A DNA stretch of 64,000 nt, taken from assembly GCF_006345805.1 (NCBI RefSeq), contig NC_043013.1, forward strand, positions 44,578,001 through 44,642,000, in the 5' to 3' direction. Under the pieces are notes generated by a model. The model was given only the letters and a program-made list of their open reading frames with translations. It did not search any database and was not told the origin of the DNA. Made by a program: the position numbers and the translations under genes. Positions 1 to 13,141 of the stretch are shown here, piece after piece. The stretch comes from Octopus sinensis. Lineage: Eukaryota. Numbering within the stretch: position 1 is the first letter of the stretch; the number at the start of each line of letters is the position of its first letter.

Positions 1-318
1 CCCTGCTGTTAATTCACATCTAAGACCGAGATCTGCTTTCCCTTGTGATTTCTAATGAATTTCAGCTTGCATCTGTCACTAAAGAATTTACAGTGGCCAG
101 TTATTACATGTACATGCCGTGGGTTTGGAGTTTCTTTTGACATTGATGTCTTTCAGTAGCATGTCTTTGTCAAGTATTTAATCTGGACTGCTTGTGTTTC
201 TGATACAGACATAAACATCTGAGATCACAACCAAAAGAAGATTACTAAGCTGGTTAGCAAAAATCATCTGTTCCGCCTAAAAGAAGACATTAATTTTGTT
301 TCCATTTTAGTTGGAGAA

Positions 319-3300
319 TTGTTCTCTGTGAACGAAAATGTCAGTATCCATAAGGTCGCTCGGCTAGGAAGATTCCAAGCGAACCCAACCTCAGATACTA
401 GACCACGCCCAATAAGGGTAATCTTTTCTTCCGATCAGGAGGCTTCAGACGCATGCCTGGGAGGACCCCAATATGGGTTTTCGCGAGGAATACTCACTGA
501 GAGAGAGAATTCGCCGGAGAAACCTAATATCCGAACTAAAGATGAGGAAACAAATGGGAGAGAAGGGTTTACACATCCAAGATGGACAAATAATCAAGTC
601 CTACCTCTGGTCGCATGCTGTAGTGCTGACAGGGAAAGTGAAGTGAGGGCAAATCGAAGTGAAGTTGATACCCCCGTCAACGATGCTATCTCTGATACCC
701 CTTATTCTGCTTGTTCCCCAACTCCCGCCCCTCAAACTTCACAGCTCAGCATCGTCTATACCAACTCGTGCTCCTTATTCCCAAAGTTCAGCGAACTATT
801 TACACTGGCCATACGTGACTCCCCTGATGTGATAGCTATCACCGAGACTTGGCTGACTCCAGCAGTAAAGGACTCAGAAATCCACCTACAGGGCTACGTC
901 CTTTTCAGATGTGACAGAGAAAAAGGCGAGGTGGAGGTGTTGCTGTGTATGTCAAATCTGAGCACAAACCGTCCAGCGGTATTCTACCCACTAATGCTCA
1001 ACCTACACAAAATTCGATGCCGTCTATTGCAAGCTGAGCCTATCCGGGTTTTGCCTGCTCGTGTTAGCTGTCCACAGGCCACCTCTTGCCGACCCCCAGG
1101 ATGATGCTCATTTACTCAAAGTGATAAGATTCGTTTCAGCTTTGCATGACTGTTTGGTACTAGGAGACTTCAACGCTCCCACGATCGATTGGCCCGCATC
1201 AATTTGTACAACATCTTCCCGGTTCGGCCAGGCCCTTCTTGACGTGGCTGAAGATTGTTTTCTATCGCAACATGTTGAATATCCGACAAGGCATCGGTCT
1301 GGGCAGCAGCCATCTATGCTGGATCTGGTATTCTCCCGCTATCCAAGATCAGTGTCAGACGTATCTGTATGCGCCCCTCAAGAGTGACCATGCGGTCCTG
1401 AAGTTCGTCATGCACACAACTTTTTCTACGCCCACGACTACTTCGCTGCCACGTAGAGTCTTCTCTGCAATTAATCTTGAAATTCTAACCGAGGCTTCCG
1501 CGCTTCTGGACTGGCGATCCCTGATGACGTTGTCCTCAGTTGACGAACTATGGTCATCCCTCAAAGCATATGTAATCTGGTTGACTGACCAGGCAGTTCC
1601 CGTTGGGCTTCCCAAGAAGAAACACAAGCCCTGGGTGACGAAGAAGGTTAAACGAGAACGTTGACTCAGAGATATTGCTTGGGCTGAATTCAAAAATCTG
1701 GATTCGACTGCAGCTTTTGAGGTGTACAAAACTCAACAAGACCGAGCCGTGAAAATTGAAAAGGAAGAACACTTCAGTTATGAATACAAAATCGCAGCAA
1801 ATGCCACTAGCAATCCAAAAACCTTCTTTGCCCATGTCCAACGGAATTCCCGCTTGAACAACCAGATTGTAACGTTGGTAGACTCAACAGGCATATCGAT
1901 TGAGGACCCTTATCAACAGAGTCAATTATTTGCCGAGGCTTTTTCAACTATTTTCAAACAAGATGATGGTCGTGAACCCCCTCCATTTGATAGATCGGTA
2001 CCTCCAATGCCTAGATTGGTCATCACGCGGGACGAAGTCAAACGTGTTATTCAAGGCCTCGATGTCAACAAGGGTCATGGCCCTGACGGCATTCACCCAC
2101 GGGTTATCAAAGCGTTGGCTCCTGTCATCTGCGAGCCCTTAACACGTCTATTCAATATGTCATTGGCGACGGGTGTTATACCTGCGGACTGAAGAACAGC
2201 GATAATCTGCCCAATTTTCAAGAAAGGGAGCCGCGAAGACCCGCTTAACTACCGACCGGTTTCTCTTACATCAATAATCAGCAAGATGTTCGAAACCATC
2301 CTTAAGAAAAGTATGATGCTCCACCTCCAAAACACAGCCTCTATCTCTGATTCCCAACACAGCTTCGTGCCGAAGAGATCATGCTTGACCAACTTACTGG
2401 TAATGGAAGAATTGGTGACGTGCATCCTCGATGATAGTGATGCTATTGACATCGTTTTATTGGACTTTGCCAAAGCTTTTGACTCGGTAAACCACCGCCT
2501 ATTACTTGTCAAGCTTCAAGCATATAGTTTCCATCCGGATATTGTACGATGGGTTGGTGCCTTCCTCTCAGATCGCTCCTTCCAAGTCCAAGTTAATGGT
2601 TCGCGGTCCGACGTCTCCAGTGCGAGCAGTGGCGTGCCTCAAGGTTCAGTGCTTGGGCCCTTATTGTTCTTAGTTTTCATAAATGACTTGCCCGACGACC
2701 TCACGCAACACACCCTTCTATTTGCCGACAATATCAAACTGGTCGCTCCTCGCGGTGATATAGAGGATCTTCGTTGATGCCTCCACCAAATTTGGAAGTG
2801 GTCTAACGAATGGGACCTGTGTCTGAACGTGTCAAAGTGCTGTCATCTGCCTGTTGGCTCTCCTCCTGCAACTCAACTTGATTTTGAGCCGGGTCGTCTG
2901 CTGCTGGAGAGGACCGATCAAGTAAAGGACCTGGGTATCTTGGTGGATTCCTCCTTTTCGCCTTCGGCCCAGTGCGTCCATGCTGCCAACAAAGCACGCG
3001 GAATTCTGTTCTAGATTCGACGGTCATTCGGAATGCTCACAGCAGCCATATTCCTACCACTCTATGTCACGCTGGTGAGACCCATATTGGAGTATGGGAT
3101 TCAAGCCTCTTCTCCTTATCTCCTCAAAGACATACATCATCTCGAAAGAGTCCCGAAGGTGGCTACCCGCATGGTTCATGGTCTCAAAAATTTGTCCTAT
3201 GAAGAAAGGCTGAGGACGCTCGACCTTTATTCTCTTGAAAAACGCCGCCGCCGTGGTGATCTCATTCTCGCCCACAACATCATAAGCGGAAAGTGTAACC

Positions 3301-3613
3301 TCTTGAAGGAGCTGTTCTTCACTCCTGCTCCAGAGTGTCGGCTGCGGGGTCATTCCGAAAAGCTCTACCTGCGACGATTTCATCCCAATCGAAGGAGAGG
3401 AGCTTTCTCCGTCCGGGTTGCGGATCCGTGGAACAAGCTGCCAGACGAGATGGTGAAGATGCCAACGACCGCTTTGTTCAAAGCCTCCCTTGACCTCAAG
3501 TGGCCTGAACTCTTTACATGAACACCACCCTGTACTTAACTCCATGTCCCCCTACATGGCCTTGCTATTTGCTTTTGAGCCAAATTAACTAACTAACTAA
3601 CTAACTAACTAAC
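319..3613 (+). mobile_element. 5'-truncated, decayed LINE of the CR1/L2 group (ORF1 remnant, APE endonuclease, reverse transcriptase, (TAAC)n 3' tail)
   Basis: Successive frameshifted ORFs give RLGR..RPRPIRV (ORF1-like), TETWL/GDFN/SDH (APE), and GPDG, YRPVSL, DFAKAFDSV, GVPQGSVLGP, FADN, KDLG (RT). Ends in (TAAC)n at about 3587-3613. The 5' boundary is approximate. Confidence 0.92.
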
Positions 3614-3649
3614 AATTCTCCTACCTTCACTGTGAGTCCTTGCCTTCTC

Positions 3650-3970
3650 TACAAGGCTCCTGCTTTTGCTGCGAGGCCCCTGCCTTTGCTGTGAGGCCCC
3701 TGCTTTTGCTGCAAGGTCCCTACCTTTGCTGCAAGGCCCTGGCCTTTGCTGTGAGGTCCCTGGTTTCACTGCGAGGTCCCTGCCTTCGCTCCGAGGTCCC
3801 TGCCTTCGCTGCGAGACCCCCTGCTTTTGCTGCGAGACCCCCTGCTTTCACTGCGAGGCCCCTGCTTTCGCTGCGAGGCCCCTGCTTTCGCTGCGAGGCC
3901 CCTGCTTTTGCTGCGAGGCCCCTGCCTTTGCTGTGAGCCCCTCTGCCTACACTGCGAGCCCCCTGCCTTC
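3650..3970. repeat. GC-rich minisatellite, about 20-21 bp unit (GCCCCTGCTTTCGCTGCGAG), roughly 15 degenerate copies
   Basis: Tandem units are visible directly and explain the repetitive ORFs 3640-4093. Confidence 0.9.
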
Positions 3971-4419
3971 TCTGTGGCTCCTCTGTCCTGCTGTACCAAA
4001 TCACTCTTCATTCATGTAAACCATTTCACTCTACTCTTCTCGCTTTATGATTTATTACCACACAACATAACAGGTACACTATATTTCATGTAACCTCATC
4101 TACCTCATAATTCCACTCACTTTTTCAACTTATTTATGCTAACTTACTCTTAATCATACTCATGCTCACACTCATACTCAGTCACTCATTCACACTCACC
4201 TATTTTATCTCACAATCTTACTCTCAATCTTTTATAGCTTCATTCATTCATTCTCTGCTCTCTCTCTCAGTTTCAGTCACTCACTCTCATCCCCACTTTC
4301 ATTCTTTTACTCTATCTCACTCACCCTTTCACTCTGACACTTAGTCATTTGTTCAATACCCTGTTCCTTCATCTTTTAAAGTTCACTATTGATGTTGTTC
4401 CTGTTATTCGTGTTTCCAG

Positions 4420-4547
4420 AGTGATGGCTGTACCTGCTACAGTTATATACTTCACATCTTATGAACAGCTAAAGTCATTATTAAAACACAAACCCTGGGA
4501 CCATAATGATCTCTGGAAACCTATGGTTGCTGGAATGGTTGCCAGAG
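4420..4547 (+). CDS. SLC25A40: SLC25A39/40-type mitochondrial carrier, internal exon (VMAVPATVIYFTSYEQLK...VAR)
   Basis: ttccag acceptor and gtaagc donor. Peptide matches the VMAVPATVIYFTCYDQL segment of vertebrate SLC25A39/40. Upstream exons lie before the window. Confidence 0.93.
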
Positions 4548-4738
4548 GTAAGCAAAACGAAAACCTTATTAATTTCTTCTTCTTCTTCACCTTTTCCTCC
4601 TCCTCCTCCCATATCACTACCAACATTACTAACATCACTTGATACCACTGAAACTATAATCCAACACCGTTACCAACTCCACCACTACTCCCTCCACCAT
4701 AATTATACTAATGGTTTTGTCGTTCTTTTCTTTCTCAG

Positions 4739-4912
4739 TTTGGGCTGCAACTGTGATAAGTCCCTTGGAACTAGTACGAACCCAACTCCAGTCTTCGAAT
4801 TTCAGTTATTCCATGATTGGAGGGTTTATCAAAAATGAAGTTTCTCAAAGCGGTCTTGCTTCCTTATGGCGAGGATTAGGGCCCACATTATTCAGAGATG
4901 TTCCATTTTCAG
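4739..4912 (+). CDS. SLC25A40: SLC25A39/40 exon (WAATVISPLELVRT...LWRGLGPTLFRDVPFS)
   Basis: tttctcag acceptor and gtcagt donor; phase-compatible with neighbours; carrier motif PLELVRT. Confidence 0.95.
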
Positions 4913-5166
4913 GTCAGTTTGGTTTTCTTTTGTTTTTAAATTTCTCATTGAACTCACAGATTCTCTTCTTATCACTTTTTTACTTTGTGGTGGCTAAATT
5001 ATCAGTATGTAGATAAATAAATATTTATTAGTCAGTTGTTTCAGATTGTTTAAGAGTGAAGAGTGTGTTTGATGTAAAAAAAAAAAATTGGTTTGGCTGT
5101 GTGGTTAAGAAAGGTAGTGCCCCAGCATGGCCACAGTCTAAAGACCAAGAAAAAAGATTGATTGAG

Positions 5167-5348
5167 GTGCAGGAGTGGCTGTGTGGTAAGTAGCTTGCTA
5201 ACTAACCACATGGTTCCGGGTTCAGTCCCACTGCGTGGCATCTTGGGCAAGTGTCTTCTGCTATAGCCCCGGGCCGACCAATGCCTTGTGAGTGGATTTG
5301 GTAGACGGAAACTGAAAGAAGCCTGTCGTATATATGTATATATATATG

Positions 5349-5379
<31 letters not shown>

Positions 5380-5382
5380 TAT

Positions 5383-5413
<31 letters not shown>

Positions 5414-5520
5414 TTGTGTGTGTGTGTGTTTGTGTGTCTGCGATTTGCTCGACTAAAGGTGGTGCTCCAGCATGGCCGCAGTCAAATGACTGAAACAAGT
5501 AAAAGAGTAAAGAGTAAAGA
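5167..5520 (+). mobile_element. tRNA-headed SINE family A (internal (TA)n/(TG)n, (AGTAAA)n tail)
   Basis: A-box TGGCTGTGTGG and B-box GGTTCAGTCC; the same body recurs at 33359, 40650, 51779 and 55772. Confidence 0.85.
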
Positions 5521-5587
5521 GAGATTATAAATCGTTTCATATAGGTTTCATTGATGTTAAAGTCAATATCTTGTCTCATCGTTTCAG

Positions 5588-5697
5588 GTATATACTGGTT
5601 TGGTTATGAAGCAATCAAGGCAAGAATTCTGATGAAAAAAATGTCCACCGATATTGAATTTCACGAAACTTTAATATCAGGAGCCACTGCTGGTTCT
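5588..5697 (+). CDS. SLC25A40: SLC25A39/40 exon (IYWFGYEAIK...SGATAGS)
   Basis: gtttcag acceptor and gtaagt donor; 110 bp, phase-compatible. Confidence 0.93.
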
Positions 5698-6049
5698 GTA
5701 AGTATGACTGACTGTTATATACATTGTTATAAGCATTATTTTGGTATTTGAATTAAGAATAATCAAGCATGTTGACATCCCATGTAGAACTTGATGTCCA
5801 GAAGGTTTTACATGTACCTTATAAATATACTCCCAGTGATCTACAGAGTTTGCTTGAATTGTCTTCAACTCTTGCTTTAAGCTGATTCACTTTATCAGGA
5901 GTAGAAGTGAAATTTCAATGTGGTTTAGGTGTGTGAGCATGGCTTGAGTAGTAGGCACAGGCATAACTTGAGTGGTTACCGGTGGTCAGTAGGATGCTTG
6001 ATCAATCTTGCTTGGGTCACATGGCTGCTTTTTTTGTTATTTGTATCTG

Positions 6050-6111
<62 letters not shown>

Positions 6112-6134
6112 TATATTATACACACACACACATA

Positions 6135-6470
6135 TCATCATCATTGTTTAACGTCCGTTTTCCATGCTAGCATGGGTTGGACGGTTCGACCGGGGTCTGG
6201 GAAGCCAGAAGGCTGCATCAGGCCCAGTTTGATTTGGCAGTGTTTCTACAGCTGGATGCCCTTCCTAATGCCAACCACTCCGTGAGTGTAGTCGGTGCTT
6301 TTTACATGCCACCGGCACAGGGGCCAGAGGAGGCTAGCAAACGACCATGATTGGTTGGTGCTTTTTATGTATCACTGACACGGACGCCAGTCAGGCAGCG
6401 CTGGCATCAGCCACGTTCGCATGGTGCTATTTGCGTTCCACCGGCACAGGTATCACAACTACAATATCCA
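6135..6470 (-). mobile_element. SINE family E (RTE-like (GAT)n tail)
   Basis: Reverse complement of copies at 8690-9020 and 18541-18770 (GGAAGGGCATCCAGCTGTAGAAAC core). Confidence 0.8.
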
Positions 6471-7142
6471 TTTGACTTTTATTTCTTATTTTTATTTTTT
6501 TTTTAATATAACGAAGTGTATTTGTGTATAAGTACGTGTAGTATGTATATGTTATATTTATATCCTGTCAAGCCTGTATTTACACTCCTGACTCCCTCCT
6601 TATATACCTGTTAATTACCTTCCCTTTTTTCATCTTTACTTAAGAATCAGATACCAGTTTGCAACTGGAAGGGCATCCAGCTGTAAAATACAATTTCAAT
6701 TATAATTACAAAGTTTTCTAGTCTGGAATCCAACCTAAAGCTCAGGATGAATGCTACATTGGAAATACCTTATCTTTTGACCCTCGCAGGACCATTGTAT
6801 ATATATATATAATAAAGTAGTTGGATCCAAAAAATTGACTGTCAAAATGTACAAAATTTTTCTGTTTCTCTTGGTGAATTCATTATGACAATTGACCTTT
6901 AAGAGACAGGTAGAAGGAACACTGGACTCTGTATAGAACCTTAAGCTTACATAATATATGGTTGGTGTGTCTTTTGAAACATATGTAGTATGTAACTACC
7001 TATTCTATTCCTTTCACCCACTCATACATATGTGTGTGTGTGTGTGTATTTCATTTTTTTTATATTCATTATACTGTTTGAGATAAATGTTTGTGAAATC
7101 GGTGACATTAAATTAAACATGAATAATGAATCTGTTTTTCAG

Positions 7143-7221
7143 ATTGCTGCTATCTGTACGCTACCATTTGATGTCATCAAAACACATCGGCAAATCACTT
7201 TTGGTCTACACTTTCCTGGAT
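7143..7221 (+). CDS. SLC25A40: SLC25A39/40 exon (IAAICTLPFDVIKTHRQ...)
   Basis: tttttcag acceptor and gtaagt donor; carrier motif PFDVIKT. Confidence 0.93.
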
Positions 7222-7708
7222 GTAAGTTGTTTTAATTATTTAGGGTACAGTGTTAAGAAATATGTAATTGTAGAGCAACTTGGACTATAGACCCATATTG
7301 AGGGTTACATACAGCTCACTTTACGTGGAAGGACTGGCAACTATAATCATAGTGTTATTATATTAATATGATTTATTTTAGATTTCATTTTTTGTTGTGT
7401 AAGTATGGCTGCAGTTACAGGTGTGGTTAAGAAGTTTACATTTTTATCTCATGAGTTCTTTGTTGTTTCAATTGTTTTTACAGCTGGATGTCTTCCCTAG
7501 TGTTAATCATTCAGCTTTGAAGTGTGGAATGGTACAGTCAGAGTTGTAGACATTGCTCTATGACACATCATAACTGCTCTAGTAACCATGTCAGTCTGTG
7601 GCTGTCACAGGTTAATACTAAGGTCATTGAACTGCAGAAAAAAAAGAAAGAAAAAAATCTAAAATATTTAAGGATTATTCTTTTATTCTTTTTATTCCTT
7701 TAGATTCT

Positions 7709-7882
7709 TTAGATTGCCTCATTTCTGAGGTGCTATCTTAGATTGCCACATTTCTGAGGTACTATCTTAGATTGCCACATTTCTGAGGTACTATCTTAGA
7801 TTGCCACATTTCTGAGGTACTATCTTAGATTGCCACATTTCTGAGGTACTATCTTAGATTGCCACATTTCTGAGGTAGTATC
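7709..7882. repeat. 29-bp VNTR, 6 copies (TTAGATTGCCACATTTCTGAGGTACTATC)
   Basis: Six head-to-tail units with no spacers; the four central units are identical. Confidence 0.95.
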
Positions 7883-8689
7883 TTGAAGGGTTCTTAATCA
7901 ATAATATTGACTCTTATACTTATTTTTGAGTGATCCTTCCTAAGTCATATCAACTCATAGGACCAGTTTCCTGGTTTCTATAGTGTATACATTCCCCATA
8001 TGGATTGGACACTGGTCTGCTGCAGAATTGCCCATTTATGCCAGCTGAGTGGACTGGAGCAACATGAAATGAAGTGTTTTACTCAAGAACACAACACATG
8101 GCCCGGTCCAGGAATTGAAACTGCAATCTTATGATCACAAGGCCAACACTCTGTCTGCTAAGCCATGTGCCACCACATCCTTTTTATCCTTTTACTTATC
8201 GAAGTTTGTTTGCTTAACTACTAAGTTATAGGACATAAACACAAGCACACACACATACCCCCCCCCCACATATATTATAGGATGAGCTTCGGCACAGTTT
8301 CTATCCATCAGTTCTATCTACAAAGCATTGGTTAATCTAAGTCTGTAGTAGGATACAGTTACCTAAAATGCCATGATTATGCAACCACCTACATAATAAT
8401 CCTTTCTATCATAAACACAAGGCCTGAAATTTTTGGGTGGGAGGTAACAAGTCAACTACATCGACCCCAGTGCTCGACTGGTACTTAATTTATTGTATAG
8501 ATATCATTAAATACTGAAATATAGTAACAGTCTATTTCTATAAGGGCATATTCTAGCTATTAGCAAAAATTGAAATCACAAAAATTGATTTCCTACAAGA
8601 ATTTGGTTTCTACATGTCCCACCTTAGTAATGCCACTGATGACCATTAACCAAATCTGTTGTTACATATTTTAGACTTTAGCATCGCCT

Positions 8690-9020
8690 TACTGGCACAT
8701 GTGCCAGTGGCACGTGCAAAGCAACATTCGAGCGTGGTCATTGCCAGTGCCGCCGGACTGGCTCCCGTGCAGGTAGCATGTAAAAAACACCTTTTGAGCG
8801 TTGTCGTTACCAGAACTGCCTAACTGGCCCTCGTGCCGGTGGCATGTAAAAGCACCCACTACACTCTCAGAGTGGTTGGCATTAGGAAGGGCATCCAGCT
8901 GTAGAAACTCTGCCAGATCAGACTGGAGCCTGGTGCAGCCTTCTGGTTCGCCAGTCCTCAGTCAAACCGTCCAACCCATGCCAGCATGGAAAGCAGACGT
9001 TAAACAATGATGATGATGAT
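8690..9020 (+). mobile_element. SINE family E
   Basis: Shared core and ...GACGTTAAACAATGATGATG tail. Confidence 0.8.
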
Positions 9021-9075
9021 TGGTGTTTTTTTGTATATTTTCTAAAGCTATCCATTTTGTCTCTTGTTCTTCTAG

Positions 9076-9159
9076 GTCCTAAAACTAACGTGTCTTCATC
9101 TACGTGGTCTTTGATAAAACAGCTTTACAGGAGTCAAGGATTTCAGTCATTATTTGCAG
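9076..9159 (+). CDS. SLC25A40: SLC25A39/40 exon (PKTNVSSSTWSLIKQLYRSQGFQSLFA)
   Basis: cttctag acceptor and gtaagc donor; 84 bp, phase-compatible; resembles STW..MK.I....G..GLF. Confidence 0.9.
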
Positions 9160-9328
9160 GTAAGCACATTCTAGCAAACAGTTTACTGAAATTATAAACA
9201 AGGGCTTTGGGCTTCTGTTAGAACCATTTGTCTGGGTTGCCTTTGACTGATGACACAATGATGCCAAGACACCATTTTGGCCCAGTCTCTTGCACTAATG
9301 AATATACTCTCATTGTAGAAGAGTTCTT

Positions 9329-9757
9329 GGATCTTTTTGGTTTGAACGGCAGTTTTTAACATAATTTCTAGGTAACTAAAAAATTTTAAACTTCGTATAC
9401 TGGTAGAATGTGTTTATAAAACGTCTTTTTCTCTTGCCTTTATTAAGAAAATTCTATAGTTTGTAAGATATTTGTTGTTTTTTTTCTTCAATTTCTGCAA
9501 TTTCAACCAATCAATGAGCATCTATTGAGTTAAAAAGCATTCTGTGCCGTATGAATATGTCCCTCGTTTAAGAAACAGATTGGGTTTATTTACATTCCTG
9601 AAGAAAAAAAAGATACCCTTCTCCCCACCCCTAACCTTATCTAACCCTAACACGAAAAGAGATTGAAATGCAATAGATCGATTCTAGGGTCATAATTATG
9701 TGTGACAATTTCATATGACACCACTAGAAAAAACCGCCGTTCAAACCGAAAAGATCC
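9329..9757. mobile_element. Non-autonomous TIR element (MITE) with 8-bp TSD, Merlin-like or hAT-like
   Basis: TIRs GGATCTTTT(C/T)GGTTTGAACGGC(A/G)GTTTT; TSD GAGTTCTT at 9321-9328 and 9758-9765. Confidence 0.92.
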
Positions 9758-10382
9758 GAGTTCTTCTGTGATGAAACAGAGCATGAATATGGTAAGCATA
9801 TTCATGCTCAAATCTGCTGAAACATACAAATAAAAATACAAGCCATTTTTGCTGTTTACCCTGTGTATATAACGATTTATCTTTTTTTTTTTTATTTTGT
9901 ATTTAGTCTATAAATGCCTTGAAGTTTCTTATTTTTTCCCTTTCCATTTGATGTTTTTTTTTGCTCCATCTTCCTTGAAGTGCTTCTGGAAATGTAGACA
10001 TTACCTCGGAACAATGGTCATTATTGGTAAAATCATTACAGAAGTAATAGTATTTTCTTTCAGTTTTTTATATTCTGGGTTCAAATCTTGCTGAGATCAG
10101 ATTTGCTTTCCAGCTTTTTCCAAGTTGATGAAATGAAGTTCCAGCCAAATATCATGGGTTAATTGAATCAACTCTACTCATCCCCCACATTCCTTCTGAT
10201 ATTGATTTTATCTTTCTGTCCCATGAAGTCGATGAACAAGGTACTGGTTTTATTTGTAGTAAGGCCAATTCAAATTACTATATCCTTCCATTACAAATGT
10301 GTGGCCTCATGTCAATGTAAGTAATTAGCATTATGCTTTTATTTTATTTTATTAATTATTATATTTTTATTCTTTTGTCTAG

Positions 10383-10507
10383 GATTGGTGCCACGCCTTG
10401 TGAAAGTTGCTCCTGCTTGTGCAATAATGATTAGTTCTTATGAGTATAGCAAGAAAATATTCCTTAAGCGGAATGAAAAATTGTCTAAAAACTACAAAGC
10501 TTCCTGA
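10383..10507 (+). CDS. SLC25A40: SLC25A39/40 terminal coding exon ([23 protein letters not shown]...stop)
   Basis: ttttgtctag acceptor; the family C-terminal motif [15 protein letters not shown]; TGA at 10505-10507. Confidence 0.95.
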
Positions 10508-11430
10508 TAAAATAACTCTACCTAATCAAAATATTTTATAGCAAGAAAGAAATAATTTAGAAAAATTTAAGGACCCCACAGTTTATGGAAATTCACTCGT
10601 CTTTGGGTGCTCTGCAAGTGAAAAAAAGTTGTTAAGAGGATTTTAAAATTTGCATCTTTGAATTATTTATTTTATAGTAAAATTAAACTATCTTTTCTTT
10701 TTTTAATTTAGTATTGAAAAATTTTGGGGTAAAATTTCAACATTTCATGTTTATTGGATGGATTTAATACTGATAGGAAATATAAATAAGTTCTCTCTTT
10801 TTACAGTTTGCCTATATAATCAAAGCAAAAATTTTCCTTCCAAATACCAACTCTACTTGTGATATATATTTGAGGAATTGTTAATCAGTGCCGTATTTGA
10901 AGGATGTTTGAGTTTCCTTGTCTACAACTAGAGATCTTTGTAGGTAGAAGACAACTACTTGAAACTCTTTATGAACAGCAAACATGAAAATTAAGAAATG
11001 CATTTAAAATCTTTTTATGATGTTAATGAGTTCTTTAAGCTAAGTTTTATTTCTATATAATTTACATTACTGATTTTGGGAATCATTTATCTTCAGGTAG
11101 GAGGAAATTTGGAAATGGGTGTGAATGCTGATGGATAGTCTTCGGGTATGATCTTTGAATAACAGGAAAATGTTGACAGACAAAAATTTTTCTTGAATAT
11201 AGTCTTGTGCGAATGAGTATGTGCGAAACGAATCTAATGCTTCAGTATTGAGTGTAGACTTCATGTTTATGTAACACCTCCTGACCTTGATAGTAATTAG
11301 CAGTTCCCTTCAGCTTCAATCAAACCATCTTGATACACAGAATATAATCACTGCACACACCTAATTCACTGGCAGCAGGATAATCCTATTTTTAAACTGA
11401 TGATAACGATCACATTGAACAGTGTTTTTC

Positions 11431-11436
11431 AATAAA
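11431..11436 (+). terminator. Candidate polyadenylation signal for SLC25A39/40
   Basis: AATAAA about 920 bp after the stop codon; not verifiable without RNA data. Confidence 0.3.
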
Positions 11437-12023
11437 GACAAATATATGTTTCTAATAGTAATCTGTAAAGATTATTATTATTATTATTATAGTTGCATTA
11501 GCAAATGCTGTTGAATTTTTGGATATTGACTCTTGTGGTTTCTTCAGTAGAAGTTTTATGTTGAGATTTGAGTTGAAATGGCCGAATAGCATCAACTGGA
11601 ATTGACTTGAGATGTGAAACTTCTGGGGAGAACTTGGCCATGGGGACTGTGTCTCAGGTAAATTTGGTAGAGCAACTTGCATTCCATTCAGAATATGGTT
11701 CCATGTTGAACAGCTGTTCTATCTGAAGTGATATGGATTCGTAGCTTATACCACAAATTTTGTTTTTCTTTTTTCAAAAATTGAAATTTAAACAACCTTA
11801 TGTACCCATCTTGTTTTGAAAGAAAGAAAAAAAAATGTATTTTTTTAAATAAGTTCTTCATATTAAAACTTTCTTTTGTGTTTATTGTTTTTCAAATTGT
11901 CCATCTTCTCAGAGGTGGTCAGTTTGGTTGATTGCTTGAGATTACTTGGTCATCATTACAGCAAACATTGGGTAGCACCTATGTAAGTCAAGTAAGCTTT
12001 GTGGTCTCTGGTAAAATGGTAAA

Positions 12024-12355
12024 GACCCCCTTCAGTCATGAATGACCATGGGATAGTACTTAGAAAAGTCTCATCCAAGGTACAAGTCTGGGCAAGGTTG
12101 TTTGTGGAAGACTAGCAGTTGCCCATGCATATCAGCCTTCCCTCTCCACGCCACCGATATTATCAAAGGGAAAGGCAAAGGCTGATACAGCTTGGCACCT
12201 GTGACATCGCAGCTCATTTCTACAGCTGAGTGAACTGGAGCAACATGAAATAAAGTGTCTTGCTCAAGAACACAACCCACTGCCCAGTCCAGGAATCGAA
12301 CTCATTATCTCGTGATTGTGAGCTTGATACTCTAACACTTTGTCATGTGCCTTCA
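12024..12355 (-). mobile_element. tRNA-headed SINE family C
   Basis: Matches 53234-53570 (GTGACATCGCAGCTCATTTCTACAGCTGAG core). Confidence 0.8.
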
Positions 12356-13141
12356 AAACTCTATACATTTGGTCCCTTAGTAGTATCTCATCACCACTGG
12401 TAGACAACACTACAGTTTTGTCTGGTCAAATAAAGGGTCAGTTCACTAGTGATAAGTGGCAGTGCAAAATAAAAGGGTGAGTGGGGAGCAGCATTGTAAC
12501 CGAACCTTATTGACATGAAATAAAGAGATGATGTGAAGTGTTGGGGTGGGGGTGGGGAAGATTGTTCAGTGACAAGGGTGGAGATCCAAGGTAGAGAGAA
12601 TAATGAACAAGGGTGGGTTGATGGCCAATAGGAAATGATGTTCAATAGTGGTATGGGATGATATTGAAAATGTAAGGTGGGTGACATTGGGGTGGTGGTT
12701 CCAAAGAGATGGGAAAGTAGGACCACCAAAGTATTGGGGATGAAATATGTGCATCTTGAATACAAGTAAATTCACTGCCATCAATTCACCACAAGAGAGT
12801 TCACTGCTATCAATTCTCTGGGAAGAAAGTTTACCAAGAAAATATATCTGTAGTATCTCATCGTTAATAGTTTCCTTGTGATGAACATTCCTTAAAATGA
12901 ACTTTCCTTTTGGTGAATTGATGATGGTGAACTGATGATGGTGAACTTACTGCACATGGTGCATCTCTGCTCTTATACAATTATAATTACAGCAGCTGAG
13001 CTAGTGCTATAGTTAGAAGGGTGGTTGGAAGTTGGTTTGTGGGGACAGCTTGAATGTAAGGGTATAGACAAAGCAATATGTTTTTAGGACCTCAGTTTTG
13101 CTGCAGTAGATGTGTTCTTGAATATAGTGTATTGCCAGTCA

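Noticed and set aside
313-3621. 11-bp inverted match (GGAGAATTGTT at 313-323 and AACAATTCTCC at 3611-3621) at the LINE ends
   Set aside because: LINEs make direct, not inverted, duplications. The match does not extend and is plausibly chance.
5167-5240. tRNA-like sequences at SINE heads (also 51191, 53500-53570, 33359)
   Set aside because: They run directly into multi-copy SINE bodies and lack a full cloverleaf or Pol III terminator, so they are not tRNA genes.
7709-7882. 29-bp repeat of CRISPR-like length
   Set aside because: No spacers, eukaryotic intron, no cas genes.
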